Source of the DNA: Octopus sinensis
Lineage: Eukaryota
Assembly: GCF_006345805.1 (NCBI RefSeq)
Contig: NW_021832728.1
Coordinates: forward strand, 1 to 32,901
Direction of reading: 5' to 3'
Length of the DNA stretch: 32,901 nt
Shown: piece by piece, positions 11,345-22,152 of the stretch
Position numbering within the stretch: the stretch's first letter is position 1
Layout of the letters: every line of letters starts with the position of its first letter
Made by a program: the position numbers and the translations under genes
Notes under the pieces: generated by a model
Database searches by the model: none
Told to the model about the DNA's origin: nothing
Seen by the model: the letters and a program-made list of their open reading frames with translations, nothing else

Positions 11345-11924
11345 TATATATGTCTCTTTCTTCTCCTCCCTCGTCCACCTTCTCTCTCTTTTCATGTCCC
11401 TTTCTCCTGTCTTTTGTTCTCACGTGACCGCTAGCCGCTGTTGAGCGCTCTTTTCGTTCCAGCAGTCGCCGAAGCAACACGTATTTGTTCGTCTCCCTGC
11501 GGCCATTAGGCACAACTTCATAAGCCAGCCCCATACTCAACTCGTCCTGTCGAAAGACCCTTGTCCTACGTCCTGGTTTTGTCTTGTTGTTTATTTTTTA
11601 TTTTTACCGTTATTGTTTTTACGTTTTTGTATTCTTATTGGTGTCACGTATTCTGTATTTTTGTTCGTGTACTTCGTTCGTTTTCCGTCCTCGTGTTGTA
11701 TACATTCGAAGCTTTCTTCCATGGGATCTAATGCGCTTGGCTTAGATTTCCCTTGGCTGGCTGCCCATATCGGAGCAATCTCAAGATTAATCAGCCGAAA
11801 TTGCTAAGATGATCTGGTTCTTGACTGATGACTGAGGGCTTCGAATGTCCCGTCCTGTGGTTCTTGTGTCGTCTCTGTGGTGTTTCATGTTCTTGTCCAT
11901 GTCTGTAATTATTTTTACTGTTTA

Positions 11925-11925
<1 letters not shown>
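11345..11925. repeat. Unclassified pyrimidine-rich interspersed repeat between (TA)n tracts; partial homolog at ~10840-10975
   Basis: gatctgg..ct.gactg...gcttcgaatg.cccgtcc...ttgt.tcgtct is shared by 11810-11925 and 10841-10975. Confidence 0.55.
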
Positions 11926-11967
<42 letters not shown>

Positions 11968-12009
11968 TATTTATATATATAATATTTATATTATTATATA
12001 TATATATAT

Positions 12010-12043
<34 letters not shown>

Positions 12044-12258
12044 ATATATATATTTTATGTATATATATATATATATATTATATTTATAATATGTAATATA
12101 TATATGTATGTATGTATATATATATGTATGTATGTATGTATATTTATATATATATATATTATATATATATATATATATAATTCAATATGTGACCTCGTGA
12201 ATACCGCTGGCGATTTTTTTCCTCTGTCTTCCCTTCTCGGAATCTTTCCTTCTCCTGT

Positions 12259-12293
12259 GTTTCCGACGAAGAGCTCCGCTCGAAACGTTAAAC
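12259..12293 (+). ncRNA. Minimal hammerhead-like motif (U4C variant)
   Basis: guuu-CCGACGA-a-gagc(ucc)gcuc-GAAA-CG-UU-aaac. Same layout as 6186 with different stem I and loop II; AACGUU is a palindrome. Confidence 0.65.
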
Positions 12294-12355
12294 CCTTAGT
12301 GGTTAGCCATATTGAGATGGCTAGTATACTGTACGTTGTCGAGCAGTTACTGTTT

Positions 12356-13262
12356 AGTTAGTTAGTTAGTTAATTTGGCTCAAAAGCAAATAGCAAGGCC
12401 ATGTAGGGGGACATGGAGTTAAGTACAGGGTGGTGTTCATGTAAAGAGTTCAGGCCACTTGAGGTCCAGGGAGGCTTTGAACAAAGCGGTCGTCGGCATC
12501 TTCACCATCTCGTCTGGCAGCTTGTTCCACGGATCCGCAACCCGGACGGAGAAAGCTCCTCTCCTTCGATTGAGATGAAATCGTCGCAGGTAGAGCTTTT
12601 CGGAATGACCCCGCAGCCGACGCTCCGGAGCAGGAGTGAAGAACAGCTCTTTCGAGAGGTTACACTTCCCGCTTATGATGTTGTGGGCGAGAATGAGATC
12701 ACCACGGCGCGGCGTTTTTCAAGAGAATAAAGGTCGAGCGTCCTCAGCCTTTCTTCGTAGGACAAATTTTTGAGACCATGAACCATGCGGGTAGCCAGCT
12801 TCTGGACTCTTTCGAGATGCTGTATGTCTTTGAGGAGATAAGGAGAAGAGGCTTGAATCCCATACTCCAATATGGGTCTCACCAGCGTGACATAGAGTGG
12901 CAGGAATATGGCTGCTGTGAGCATTCCGAATGACCGTCGAATCAAAAACAGAATTCCGCGTGCTTTGTTGGCAGCATGGACGCACTGGGCCGAAGGCGAA
13001 AAGGAAGAATCCACCAAGATACCCAGGTCCTTTACCTGATCGTTCCTCTCCAGCAGCAGACGACCCGGCTCGAAATCAAGTTGAGTTGCAGGAGTAGAGC
13101 CGACAGGCAGATGACAGCACTTTGACACGTTCAGACATAGGTCCCAATCGTTAGACCACTTCCAAATTTGGTGGAGGCATCGACGAAGATCCTCTATACT
13201 ACCGCGAGGAGCGACCAGTTTGATATCGTCGGCAAATAGAAGGGTGTGTTGCGTGAGGTCCT
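12356..13262 (-). mobile_element. 5'-truncated CR1-clade LINE (RT C-terminal part, 3' UTR, (TAAC)n tail)
   Basis: HTLLFADDIKL...WSNDWDLCLNVSKC...VKDLGILVD...LYVTLVRPILEY...LERVQKLATRMV; frameshift near 12710; ...RGHSEKL...FSVRVADPWNKLP...stop at 12437-12439. Confidence 0.92.
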
Positions 13263-13343
13263 CGTTCAGAGATTTATTATAACTTATAGTCTGTTCTTAG
13301 CATATTGGCATAGAAATAATTTTTCTTTTGCGCTTGTTTATAA

Positions 13344-13378
<35 letters not shown>

Positions 13379-13381
<3 letters not shown>

Positions 13382-13454
13382 TAAATATATGGTACAACGA
13401 AGTACCGATATTTTCCAGTAAAAATCGGTACTTCGTTGTACCATATATTTACTT
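13379..13454. repeat. Perfect 31-bp inverted repeat with 14-bp spacer
   Basis: 13379-13409 is the reverse complement of 13424-13454. Confidence 0.95.
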
Positions 13455-13541
13455 CTATGTATAATTTTCCCTCACGGCTATTCTTTACTGGAAAGCAATA
13501 CTCTCGTATTGCATTACTATATATATATATATAATATATAT

Positions 13542-13734
13542 ATACAAAATAAGAAAATGGAGAAATACATCGAAATCAAATATCATTACCAGATAATACT
13601 CAATCACATACTTTATTAGACCACCACATAAGAAACTAGTTTCTTATGTGGTGGTTTAATAAAGTATGTGATTGAGTATTATCTGGTAATTGATATTTGA
13701 TTTCGATGTATTTCTCCATTTTCTTATTTTGTAT
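13542..13734. repeat. ~193-bp spacerless palindrome centred on GAAACTAGTTTC
   Basis: ~96-bp arms with one mismatch and one indel seen; centre at 13637/13638. Confidence 0.95.
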
Positions 13735-13907
13735 TATGAATTTGTGGTAAAACATTTTACCTTTGCCCATATAATACAGTAAACGAATTAATTGCATCGC
13801 AATTCTTATTCTTAACATTTATGTATTAACTTGTTGGGTACTTCACTAGCAGTATATTGGATATATGTTATCCCATGGAGGGTTGCATTTACAACCCCTA
13901 TCTCAAT

Positions 13908-13943
<36 letters not shown>

Positions 13944-13961
13944 AGATTATATGCAGAAGTA

Positions 13962-14008
<47 letters not shown>

Positions 14009-14039
14009 GAGAGAGAGAACAACTGCGTCGTATCGATAT

Positions 14040-14680
14040 TAGGGTGGATGTTTAAATAGTATATATTTTTGTAATTCGTTTTTGACCTGTTTTTGTGATA
14101 GTCACGTACACTCACCATAAAGCAAATGATAGTTATTGACCGAAATACAACCTCAAATGACAGCCTGAAAATCAACTACCTTGATAAATAAACAAGTTCG
14201 GCTCTTAAAAGGTGTGCGCTGTCTTTGTGTGTGTGCGTGTGTGTATTTTTCCAGTCGGTATTGTATGGTTATTATTCCGTATTCGCGAGGAGTCGAGGTG
14301 TAGAGGTTTATCACATCGAATGAAACCAGGAGGGAGTACTTTCTGGTTTAAAAAGTTCAGGCCACTCCGTATAAAGCTAGGTATATGATGGAGGATAGGT
14401 TTAAGGAGGACATCAATAAAGTTATTGAGTCTGTGTATCTCATACGAGGGACCGGACACAATTGGTCTCATTTTGAAATATCTCGGGTGTGGAATATTTA
14501 TGACTATAGAGGTTGACTTGTTACCGGCTTCGTTTATGGCCTCACTTTTGTGAATTTTGGGAAGTCCATAGAAGTCACTGGTTTTGCAGTCAAATCTAGT
14601 CAAGTAATCTCCTTTTTTGTTCAACCTTGTTGGAACTGGCGGATAAGGGTAGACAGTTTGGTCATTATCAAGGAATGACT
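14040..14680 (-). mobile_element. Decayed Penelope-like element reverse transcriptase fragment
   Basis: DYLTRFDCKTSDFYGLPKIHKS...MRPIVSGP...FIDVLLKPILHHIPSFIR, then shifted frame LVSFDVINLYTS; typical PLE RT motifs. Confidence 0.88.
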
Positions 14681-14880
14681 ACAGTCCATTATTTTGGATT
14701 GACTGCCGTCATTATCTTAGATTGACTACAGCCAGGCTTTCGCGACACCCTTAACGCCTAGTACTCTTCAGGACCTTCTTGTACACACACACACACATGT
14801 ATGTATATATAGGGAGAGTTTACGAAAAAAACAAAAGACGAAGACAGGTGGTGTACAAACCAAACAGATGTATTAGTATG

Positions 14881-14949
<69 letters not shown>

Positions 14950-15159
14950 CCTTATTCAGTCTTATTACAAGATTTCTTGTCAATAGAGAAAGATCCGGTT
15001 TCTTCGTGTGAATTTCAACATCTACAGTGTATTTGTGCATTGAAACTGAGCGGGGCACAAATCAAAAGCTTCGATGACGAATGAAAAGTTTACATTGCTT
15101 AATGGTGTCATGAATTGAATTTGGTGCAGGAGTGGCTGTGTGGTAAGTAGCTCTGCTAC

Positions 15160-15970
15160 TGGAAAAAGAGGATTTATTTCACACCACAGGCTCCTTCCCA
15201 AGGGAGGATTATAGATTACTTTCTTGGTACCCCGACTTGCGGATGCAGTGATGCCTGCAGGTCGCAAGAGAATTAATCGGGGACTTGAGGTAAGAGGTTC
15301 ATCGCCACAATATGTGTCTTATGCTTTAAATTGTAATGGACTTCTTAGTCCCAAAAATTGTAAGATATTGTAAATTGTGAGAGGGTCATTACCTCAAGAT
15401 GTGTCTTTCTAAAAGAACAATGTTATAGTGAAGCAGAGGGTCGGCGGGCGCTTTCTGTTTTCTCCCATCCTTATCATCCTGTATTATTATCATTCGCCTT
15501 ATCAATATCTTGTCCAACTCGCAAAGCTACCCATCTTTGTACTGGAATGGAGGCACTCCGTCGGTTACGACGACGAGGGTTCCGGTTGATCCGATCAACG
15601 GGACAGCCTGCTCGTGAAATTAACGTGTAAGTGGCTGAGCACTCCACAGACACGTGTACCCTTAACGTAGTTCTCGGGAATATTCAGCGTGACACAGAGA
15701 GTGACAAGGCCGGCCCTTTGAAATACAGGTACAACAGAAACAGGAAGTAAGAGTGAGAGAAAGTTGTGGTGAAAGAGTAAAGCAGGGATCACCACCATCC
15801 CCTGCCGGAGCCTCGTGTAGCTTTAGGTGTTTTCGCTCAATAAACACTCACAACGCCCGGTCTGGGAATCGAAACCGCGATCCTATGACCGCGAGTCCGC
15901 TGCCCTAACCACTGGGCCATTGCGCCTCCACCCATCTTTGTACTGCCTTTATGGTAAACGAAATGAAATA
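15160..15970 (+). mobile_element. 5'-truncated Tx1-like element (3' UTR only), itself carrying a SINE insertion
   Basis: 3' end cccatctttgtactgcctttatggtaaacgaaatgaaataaa resembles 20153-20195; shares the accc...ggatgc...tcgggg motif with 19109-19140; flanked by target copies. Confidence 0.65.
15545..15929 (-). mobile_element. Full-length tRNA-derived SINE with 16-bp TSD
   Basis: TSD acccatctttgtactg at 15529-15544 and 15930-15945; A/B boxes intact. Confidence 0.95.
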
Positions 15971-16748
15971 AAGTAGCTTGCTTACCGGTCTCGTTGTTAG
16001 ACGTGTCTTTTTGGCGGTGAGTCGAACGTTTTGTTGAGCTTTGTTGAGCTTCTGTTGGAATTGTTGACTGTTTATTGTTGAACATTGTCGAACTGTTGAA
16101 CATCTTTTGAATTGTTGAATTTGAAAATTTTTGTGCTTTTTCCCGGTGACGAGAGACTGAACTTGTTTGTGTAAAGCCATTTTGGCAGTTGTGAATTGTT
16201 GAAATATTGAACTTGTTAAAGCCGTTGTAGGCTTTATTGTCGTGCTCCACACCCAGCGGGGGTGGGATTTGAACTGTTATCCTCATTAAAACGAAAAAAA
16301 TATTATAGGTTTCTCAGTTTTGGGGATTTATTGTTGTGTGAAAAATTGATTTCGGCCGTTGTCAGCTTTATTGTTGCACCTCCCCCCATCGTTGAGAGGC
16401 CGTTGTAGGCTTTGTTGTTGCGCCTCGCACCCCTGTAGAGATGGGATTTGAACTGCTATCCTCGTTGAGTGGAAAAAAAGTATAAAAATGCATTATAGGT
16501 TTCCCGTTTTGGGGGATTTAATATTGTGTGTAAAATTTATTTCGAACGAATATGTCGGACGAAATAATTCCCGAAAAGTTCACTGGATGAGTTAGTTAAG
16601 AAATTTGCAGTAGTTGCCGCGGTGGTAACTGGAAACGTTGTATTACAAACGGAAAAGCTCTCCGAGCTTTTTGAAAGAATGAAAGAGGAGGGTGGTAATA
16701 TAAAGATATCACCCTCACCCAGTGTCGAAAAATTGAAAAGAAGGACAG

Positions 16749-19067
16749 TTGGACCGTCACCTCAAAGCCAAACATGATGGGTGCAGAGTTCGGGTTAAAG
16801 TGCGCGCATTGGGCCGTGAGAGACTTAATATTGTCGGATGGGCCCGTACGGTAGAAACCCAGCGTGGCAATGATGCCACAATTAGGTCTCTCGTGGATGA
16901 CAATGGGTTTTCGGTCGATGGATGGGACAAGATGTGTGAGGCGCTTCACAAGCACTTTGCCGAGTTGTTTGAGAGGGGCGGGACGCTGGATCATGGTGAG
17001 GCCCTTAGGGACTTCCTGTCTGGCGGACCGCGTCTCTCGGCACGAGAGGCTGAGTGCTGTGAAGGACCAATCACAGCCGAGGAGGTGATCGAGGTACTGG
17101 GCGAATGCCCTGAGGAGAAGTCGCCGGTTCTCGATGGTCTGCCTTATGAATTTTACAAAAGTATGCCAGACTTGTTCGGTCACCTGCTGGCCAGCGTCTA
17201 CGCCAATTGGCAGCAGAATGCGAGCCGGTGTGTGGTGACGTTGATCAGGAAGGACCCAAGCAAGGGGGACGAGATAGGGAACTTCAGGCCCATAACTCTG
17301 CTGAACACAGAGTTAAAGATTTTGGTCAAGGTGCTAGCAAAAAGCTTGGCGCGGGTCGAGGACAGACTTGTAGGGGAAGTGCAAACGTGCGCTATCCCGG
17401 GCAGGACGATCCATAACAATTTCCACCTTATACGCTACTCCTTAGAGAGGATGGGGAAGCTTTCTGGCGCAGGTTGTGGGAGAGCACTGGTACATTTAGA
17501 CCAGTTTAAGGCATTTGATAGGGTCGACCATCGGTACTTGGCAACGGTCCTCGAGAAGGCTGGCCTGGGCCCAACCTTATATGGTTGGATTGTTGTGTTG
17601 TACAGCGACATCGAGTCTGTAATAAAAGTGAATGGTTTCCTTTCGAAGCCATTCAGGATCGAGTGCTCAGTGCGTCAGGAGTGTCCCCTGTCTCCGCTTT
17701 TGTATATATTGGTTCTCGAGCCATGACTGCGGAAGCTGGAGGCACTAGGGAGCGCACCGCATGATCTACGGTGTGGAAGAGGAGCTACGGTGTATGCGGA
17801 TGACATCTCCATCATCGTGGCGGATGAAGGCCATCAAAAGTTACGAGGCGGAGGCCGGTTTGCAACTCGGTACCTGGAGGGGCAAGCCGATGCTGTCCGA
17901 TAACATAGTGGGGCGTTGGACGAAAGGTCCTGTTAAGCTGCTTGGAGTCTGGTTTGGGCCAGGCCTCCAGATAGAGAAAAATTGGAGTGAGGTAACCAGC
18001 AATTTGACTGCTCTAACCCAGACCTGGTCTGGGCGGGCGTTGTCCTTGCTAGGAAAGGCGGAGGTGGTGCAGATGTTTATAGCGTCAGTTATCACCTACC
18101 GTCTCACCGTGGTACCTTACTCCGATTTGTGACTGAACAAGCTGGAGAGAATCCTTTCCCGCTTTTTGTGGAAAGGAGGAAAGCCACTTGTGAAGCGCTC
18201 TGTCTGCTACCAGAAAACGGTAAAGGGTGGGCTAGGGATGCCTTGGCTGAGGATGCGAAAACTCGCGTTAAGGTTCAGGCACCTCTGGCTTTACCTGGAT
18301 GGAGAGCAGGTGTGGTCACTGCACGCCCAGTCCTACCCTTCGCAGTGAACGCCCTTAACGGACATTGGTAAATGGATCAAGCAGAGAGACCTAGGCTGGG
18401 GGACTGGCAATTGGAGTGCCGTCACACACTTCAGCTACTCTCTCGGGCAGGCAATGCCGGCAATAGGAGTTCCACCGCGGAATTTTATAGCGGGTTAGTG
18501 GAATTTATGTCCGAAGACGCCTTGGGATGAAAATCAGTTGACCAACCAGTTCAGGAGAGCTTTCGAGTCGGGTTATCTGGGTAATCCCTGGCTCGGCAGT
18601 GCTTTCGTGCGGCGTTACCTGTTCGTGATAAGCTGTCAAGGCACGGAAGTGCCGTCTCGCCGACATATCCGAGGTGCGAGCGGGACAGGGAAACCGTCTT
18701 GCACGCATTTGTGGAATGTCCGGAATTAACGGGACTGATAGTTTTCACAGAACAACTGTTGCCATCGATATAAAAAGTACAGCTATCAGCTGAGTCTATC
18801 ATCGAGATTGTGCCGCCTCCTTCCCTTGACAGAGAAAGGAAGGCTTGCTTTTTCTGCGTAGTAGCCATACTGAAAGAAACAGTATGGAAGACGCGTGTGA
18901 GAGGCATAGTGACGGGTACCTCTGTATCCGGCCAGGAGTTGGTTAACTTTTTTAGTTGCCACCTCAGTAGTAAGATCAAGCTGGAGAAGAGGTACCTGTC
19001 ACGAGACAGATTCATGAAAAGATGGAAGCCTGTGGCGAGGAAGCTGGGAGCGATTGGCACCAGGTAA
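16749..19067 (+). pseudogene. Tx1-like ORF2 remnant (RT + C-terminal zinc knuckle; endonuclease domain not seen)
   Basis: KSPVLDGLPYEFY, NFRPITLLNTELKIL, LDQFKAFDRVDH, SVRQECPLSPLLY, YADDI (17793-17807), KLLGVWFG, KGGLGMP, PRCERDRETVLHAFVEC; several stops and frameshifts. Confidence 0.92.
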
Positions 19068-19220
19068 GTGGAGTCCAGAAAAGAAAAGGAAAGAGAGAGC
19101 AAGGGTTCTACCCTGGTGGTCGGATGCCTTTCCTTCGGGGTAGTCATTGTAAATCGCAATAAGTAACATGTTATAATGTAATCAGCAAATAGTAATGTGT
19201 AATTTGTAAAGTGTAAATTA

Positions 19221-20046
19221 TCTATATATATAAAACTCAACTTGTGTGTATGTGTGTGTGTCTGTGTGTTTAACTTCCCGGCACATCTCCTCCTAGCCAA
19301 CAAATCGTAGAACCACCAAAAATGGGTCACTTAAAGTTTAGGCGAATGAAAATTGAACTGCGCTATTTCTGTTCCGAAATTCATCTCGCAAGTGCAAAAT
19401 TCGATAATGTGTTTGTTTAGGCTTTATCCCATGCATTGAATAGTGAACTTTACTCAGTCAGCTGTTTGATGTGAACTGTGTTCACCACGCGTGCAAGCAT
19501 GCGTAAATTGCATGAAAAATTAAAAAAATCAAGATATAAAAACGAATCGCCGTAAACATTGTAGAAATTCGGCAAAGAAATGAATTTTCGGGATGTAGCC
19601 TGGAGGGTTTTTTCGTATTAATCGTTTGGACTTTGTGAACACATACCAATTGTTTTCATAACATTTTTAACGCTTTGAATTAAATGTGACCATTTTGCGT
19701 TGAGTCTGCAGTTTGAATCACTTTAACTAAATTTTAGCAGGCCGGATTTTTGATCATCACGATACATCACCAGCGACTCCCTGAAACTCTCCCCTGAAAT
19801 CCCCATTGAGAAATACTGATCTAAAAGAATAATTCAACAATGCAATTATTTGATCAACAAAAATTTATGAAACGCTTCTACGTACTTCCTATTGAGGAAA
19901 TGGAACACATAAGCGCAAAAATAGAGGGCATTAAATGCTTGATTTTAAAACCAAAATAATTGAATTTTGATTGAACTTCATCCAAGTTTAGCTTAATTCG
20001 CGCGTGCATAGAACGCACGAGCGCACGAGCCGGGCAATACTGCTAG
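19221..20046 (+). mobile_element. Non-autonomous Helitron inserted in the Tx1 3' UTR
   Basis: A|TC start (tctatatatataaaac) and end ccgggcaatactgCTAG|T, nearly identical to the 3' end of 7425-7830. Confidence 0.85.
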
Positions 20047-20332
20047 TAAGTAATAAATTGTAAGCTGTAATTTTTAAATTGTATTCATCATCATAAATTT
20101 TTAAACGTTATAGCAGCTACTACACCTTTTTATGTTTGTCTGTCTTCGTTCGTCCCCTCTTTGTAATGCCTTCATGGCAATTTTCATGAAATAAAGTAGC
20201 TTGCTTATCAACCACTTGGTTCCGGGTTCAGTCCCACTACGTGGATCCTTGGGTAAGTGTCTTCTACTGTAGCCTCGGGTCGACCAAAGCCTTGTGAGTG
20301 GATTTGGTAGACGGAAACTGAAATAAGTACGT

Positions 20333-20367
<35 letters not shown>

Positions 20368-20453
20368 CGCCTTAATACTTTAATTGTTCCACGTCCTCGC
20401 GTTGCTGTGTTTTCTTGTTTGGATTAACTATATATATATATATATATATATAT

Positions 20454-20746
20454 GGAGGAGCAATGGCCTAGTGGTTAGGGCAGCGGACTTGCGGTCGTAG
20501 GATCGCGGTTTCGATTCCCAGACCGGGCGTTGTGTGTGTTTATTGAGCGAAAACACCTACAAGCTCCACGGGGCTCCGGCAGGGGTGGTGATCCCTGCTG
20601 TACTCCTTCACCACTCTTTCTCTCACTCTTTCTTCAGTTGGCCTGCTCGCTTAGCCAGCGGGGTGGCGTCATTCGAAGGCTAAAACAATGCGAACGCATT
20701 GTGACCAGCGATGTGTAACAACATCTGATGGTCTGGTCGGTCACGA
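20454..20746 (+). mobile_element. tRNA-derived SINE (shared head, third tail type) in (TA)n
   Basis: ggaggagcaatggcctagtggttagggc...ggtttcgattccc; the tail differs from 8720 and 15545. Confidence 0.85.
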
Positions 20747-20761
20747 GGAAAAAAGACAAGA

Positions 20762-20811
<50 letters not shown>

Positions 20812-21411
20812 TCATATGTGTGTGTATGTATGTGTGTGTGTGTACATATTTGTGTGTGTATTTGTCGCCGCAACATCGCCTGACAGCCGATGCTGGTGTG
20901 TTTACGTCCCCGTAACCCTAGCCGTTTGGCAAAAGAGAGACCGATAGAATAAATACTAGGCTTACAAAGAATAAGTTCTGGGGTCGATTTTACTCGACTA
21001 AAGGCGGTGCTCCAGCATGGCCGCAGTCAAATGACTGAAACAAGTAAAAGAATGGTGAAAAAAAACAAAACAGGATGGAACCAACAACGAAATAAAGACC
21101 ACAATAGCAGCAGCAGCAGCATCATCATCATCATCATCATCAGTGGCAGCAGCAATAGCTGTAACAACACTAATAACTTCAGTAAGAATAATATACAAAT
21201 TAACGAGATATGATGACTCACGTGAGTGGTATAATAACTATGCCAACTGAATCGGTATTTGCTACGTACGTTGCAGTACAGAAGAGATATACGATATTCT
21301 CGTATAACGTTGCACTCTACCAATACAAGCCATAAAGAGGAAAACACAAAGGAAGTAAATTATTCGTTCGTGTGTGTGTGTGAAATGGAGCTCAAACCAA
21401 GTGCATCTTTC

Positions 21412-21865
21412 GTACTCTTGTACTCTTTTCACTTGTTTCAGTCATTTGACTGCGGCCATGCTGGAGCACCGCCTTTTAGTCGAAGCAGATCGACCCCCCC
21501 CCCAGGACTTGTTCTTTTATAAGCCTAGTACTTATTCTATCAGTCTCTCTTTTACCGAACCGCTAAGTTACGAGGACGTAAACACACCAACATCGTGTTG
21601 TCAAGCGATGTTGGGGGGGGGGGGCAAACACAGACACACAAACATATACACACACATACACATGCACACACACACGCACACATATATATGTGTATATATA
21701 TATATATACGACGGGCTTCTTTCAGTTTCCGTCCACCAAATCTACTTACAAGACTTTGGTCGGCCCGAGGCTATAGTAAAAGACACTTGCCCAAAGTGTC
21801 ACGCAGTGGGACTGAACCCGGAACCATGATGTTGGTAAGCAAGCTACTTAACACACAGCCACTCT
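21412..21865 (-). mobile_element. tRNA/CORE-type SINE, near full length
   Basis: Head, ctttgggcaagtgtcttt CORE-like segment, internal microsatellite and (aaagagt)-type tail. Confidence 0.88.
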
Positions 21866-21869
21866 TATT

Positions 21870-22152
21870 TTTTTTACATTTTTCGGTCACTGGACTGCAG
21901 CCATGCTGGGTCACCGCCTTGTAAAACTGTAGTCGAACGAATCAACCCCTGTCCCATAAAAAAAAAAAACAATTTTAAACCTTATACTTGATCCATCGTT
22001 CGCTTCTACAGAATCGTTAAGTTGCGGGGGACATAAACACACTCACATCGGTTGTAAAGCAGTATTTGGGGACAAACACAGACACAATGACATTCCTACC
22101 CCATATATATACGACGGGCTTCCTTTCAGTTTCCGTCCACCAAATCCACTCA
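21870..22152 (-). mobile_element. Older, diverged 3' part of the same SINE family
   Basis: Colinear similarity to 21430-21750. Confidence 0.7.

Larger units (their letters stand above)
15987..20193 (+). mobile_element. Tx1/L1-clade non-LTR retrotransposon, both ends present, internally deleted
   Basis: 5' UTR with tandem repeats (16221-16544), putative ORF1 start at 16552, jump to ORF2 linker at ~16750, RT and CCHC, then a 3' UTR interrupted by a Helitron and ending atgaaataaa. Confidence 0.85.
15123..21052 (+). mobile_element. Host tRNA/CORE-type SINE split by nested insertions (pieces 15123-15159, 20194-20335, ~20810-21052)
   Basis: The joined pieces reconstruct the family seen at 21412-21865, 24982-25389 and 31318-31717. 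Confidence 0.8.

Noticed and set aside
10600-11345. Extremely AT-rich low-complexity stretch as an origin or regulatory element
   Set aside because: Degenerate (TA)n with irregular interruptions, possibly low-quality consensus; nothing specific can be supported.
15255-15445. ggtcgcaag and gcagaggg resembling twister ribozyme motifs
   Set aside because: The required stems and pseudoknot pairings are absent and the spacing is wrong.
15855-15929. tRNA-like sequences (also at 4090-4160, 8945-9020, 20454-20530, 22960-23034)
   Set aside because: A/B boxes are present but they run into SINE bodies, some with TSDs, and lack a proper acceptor stem; these are SINE heads, not tRNA genes.
16596-19330. 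Long antisense ORFs (195 aa at 16596-17183, 259 aa at 18551-19330; also 26220-26711 and 12413-12730)
   Set aside because: Shadow frames opposite retrotransposon RT coding sequence, with no independent motifs.
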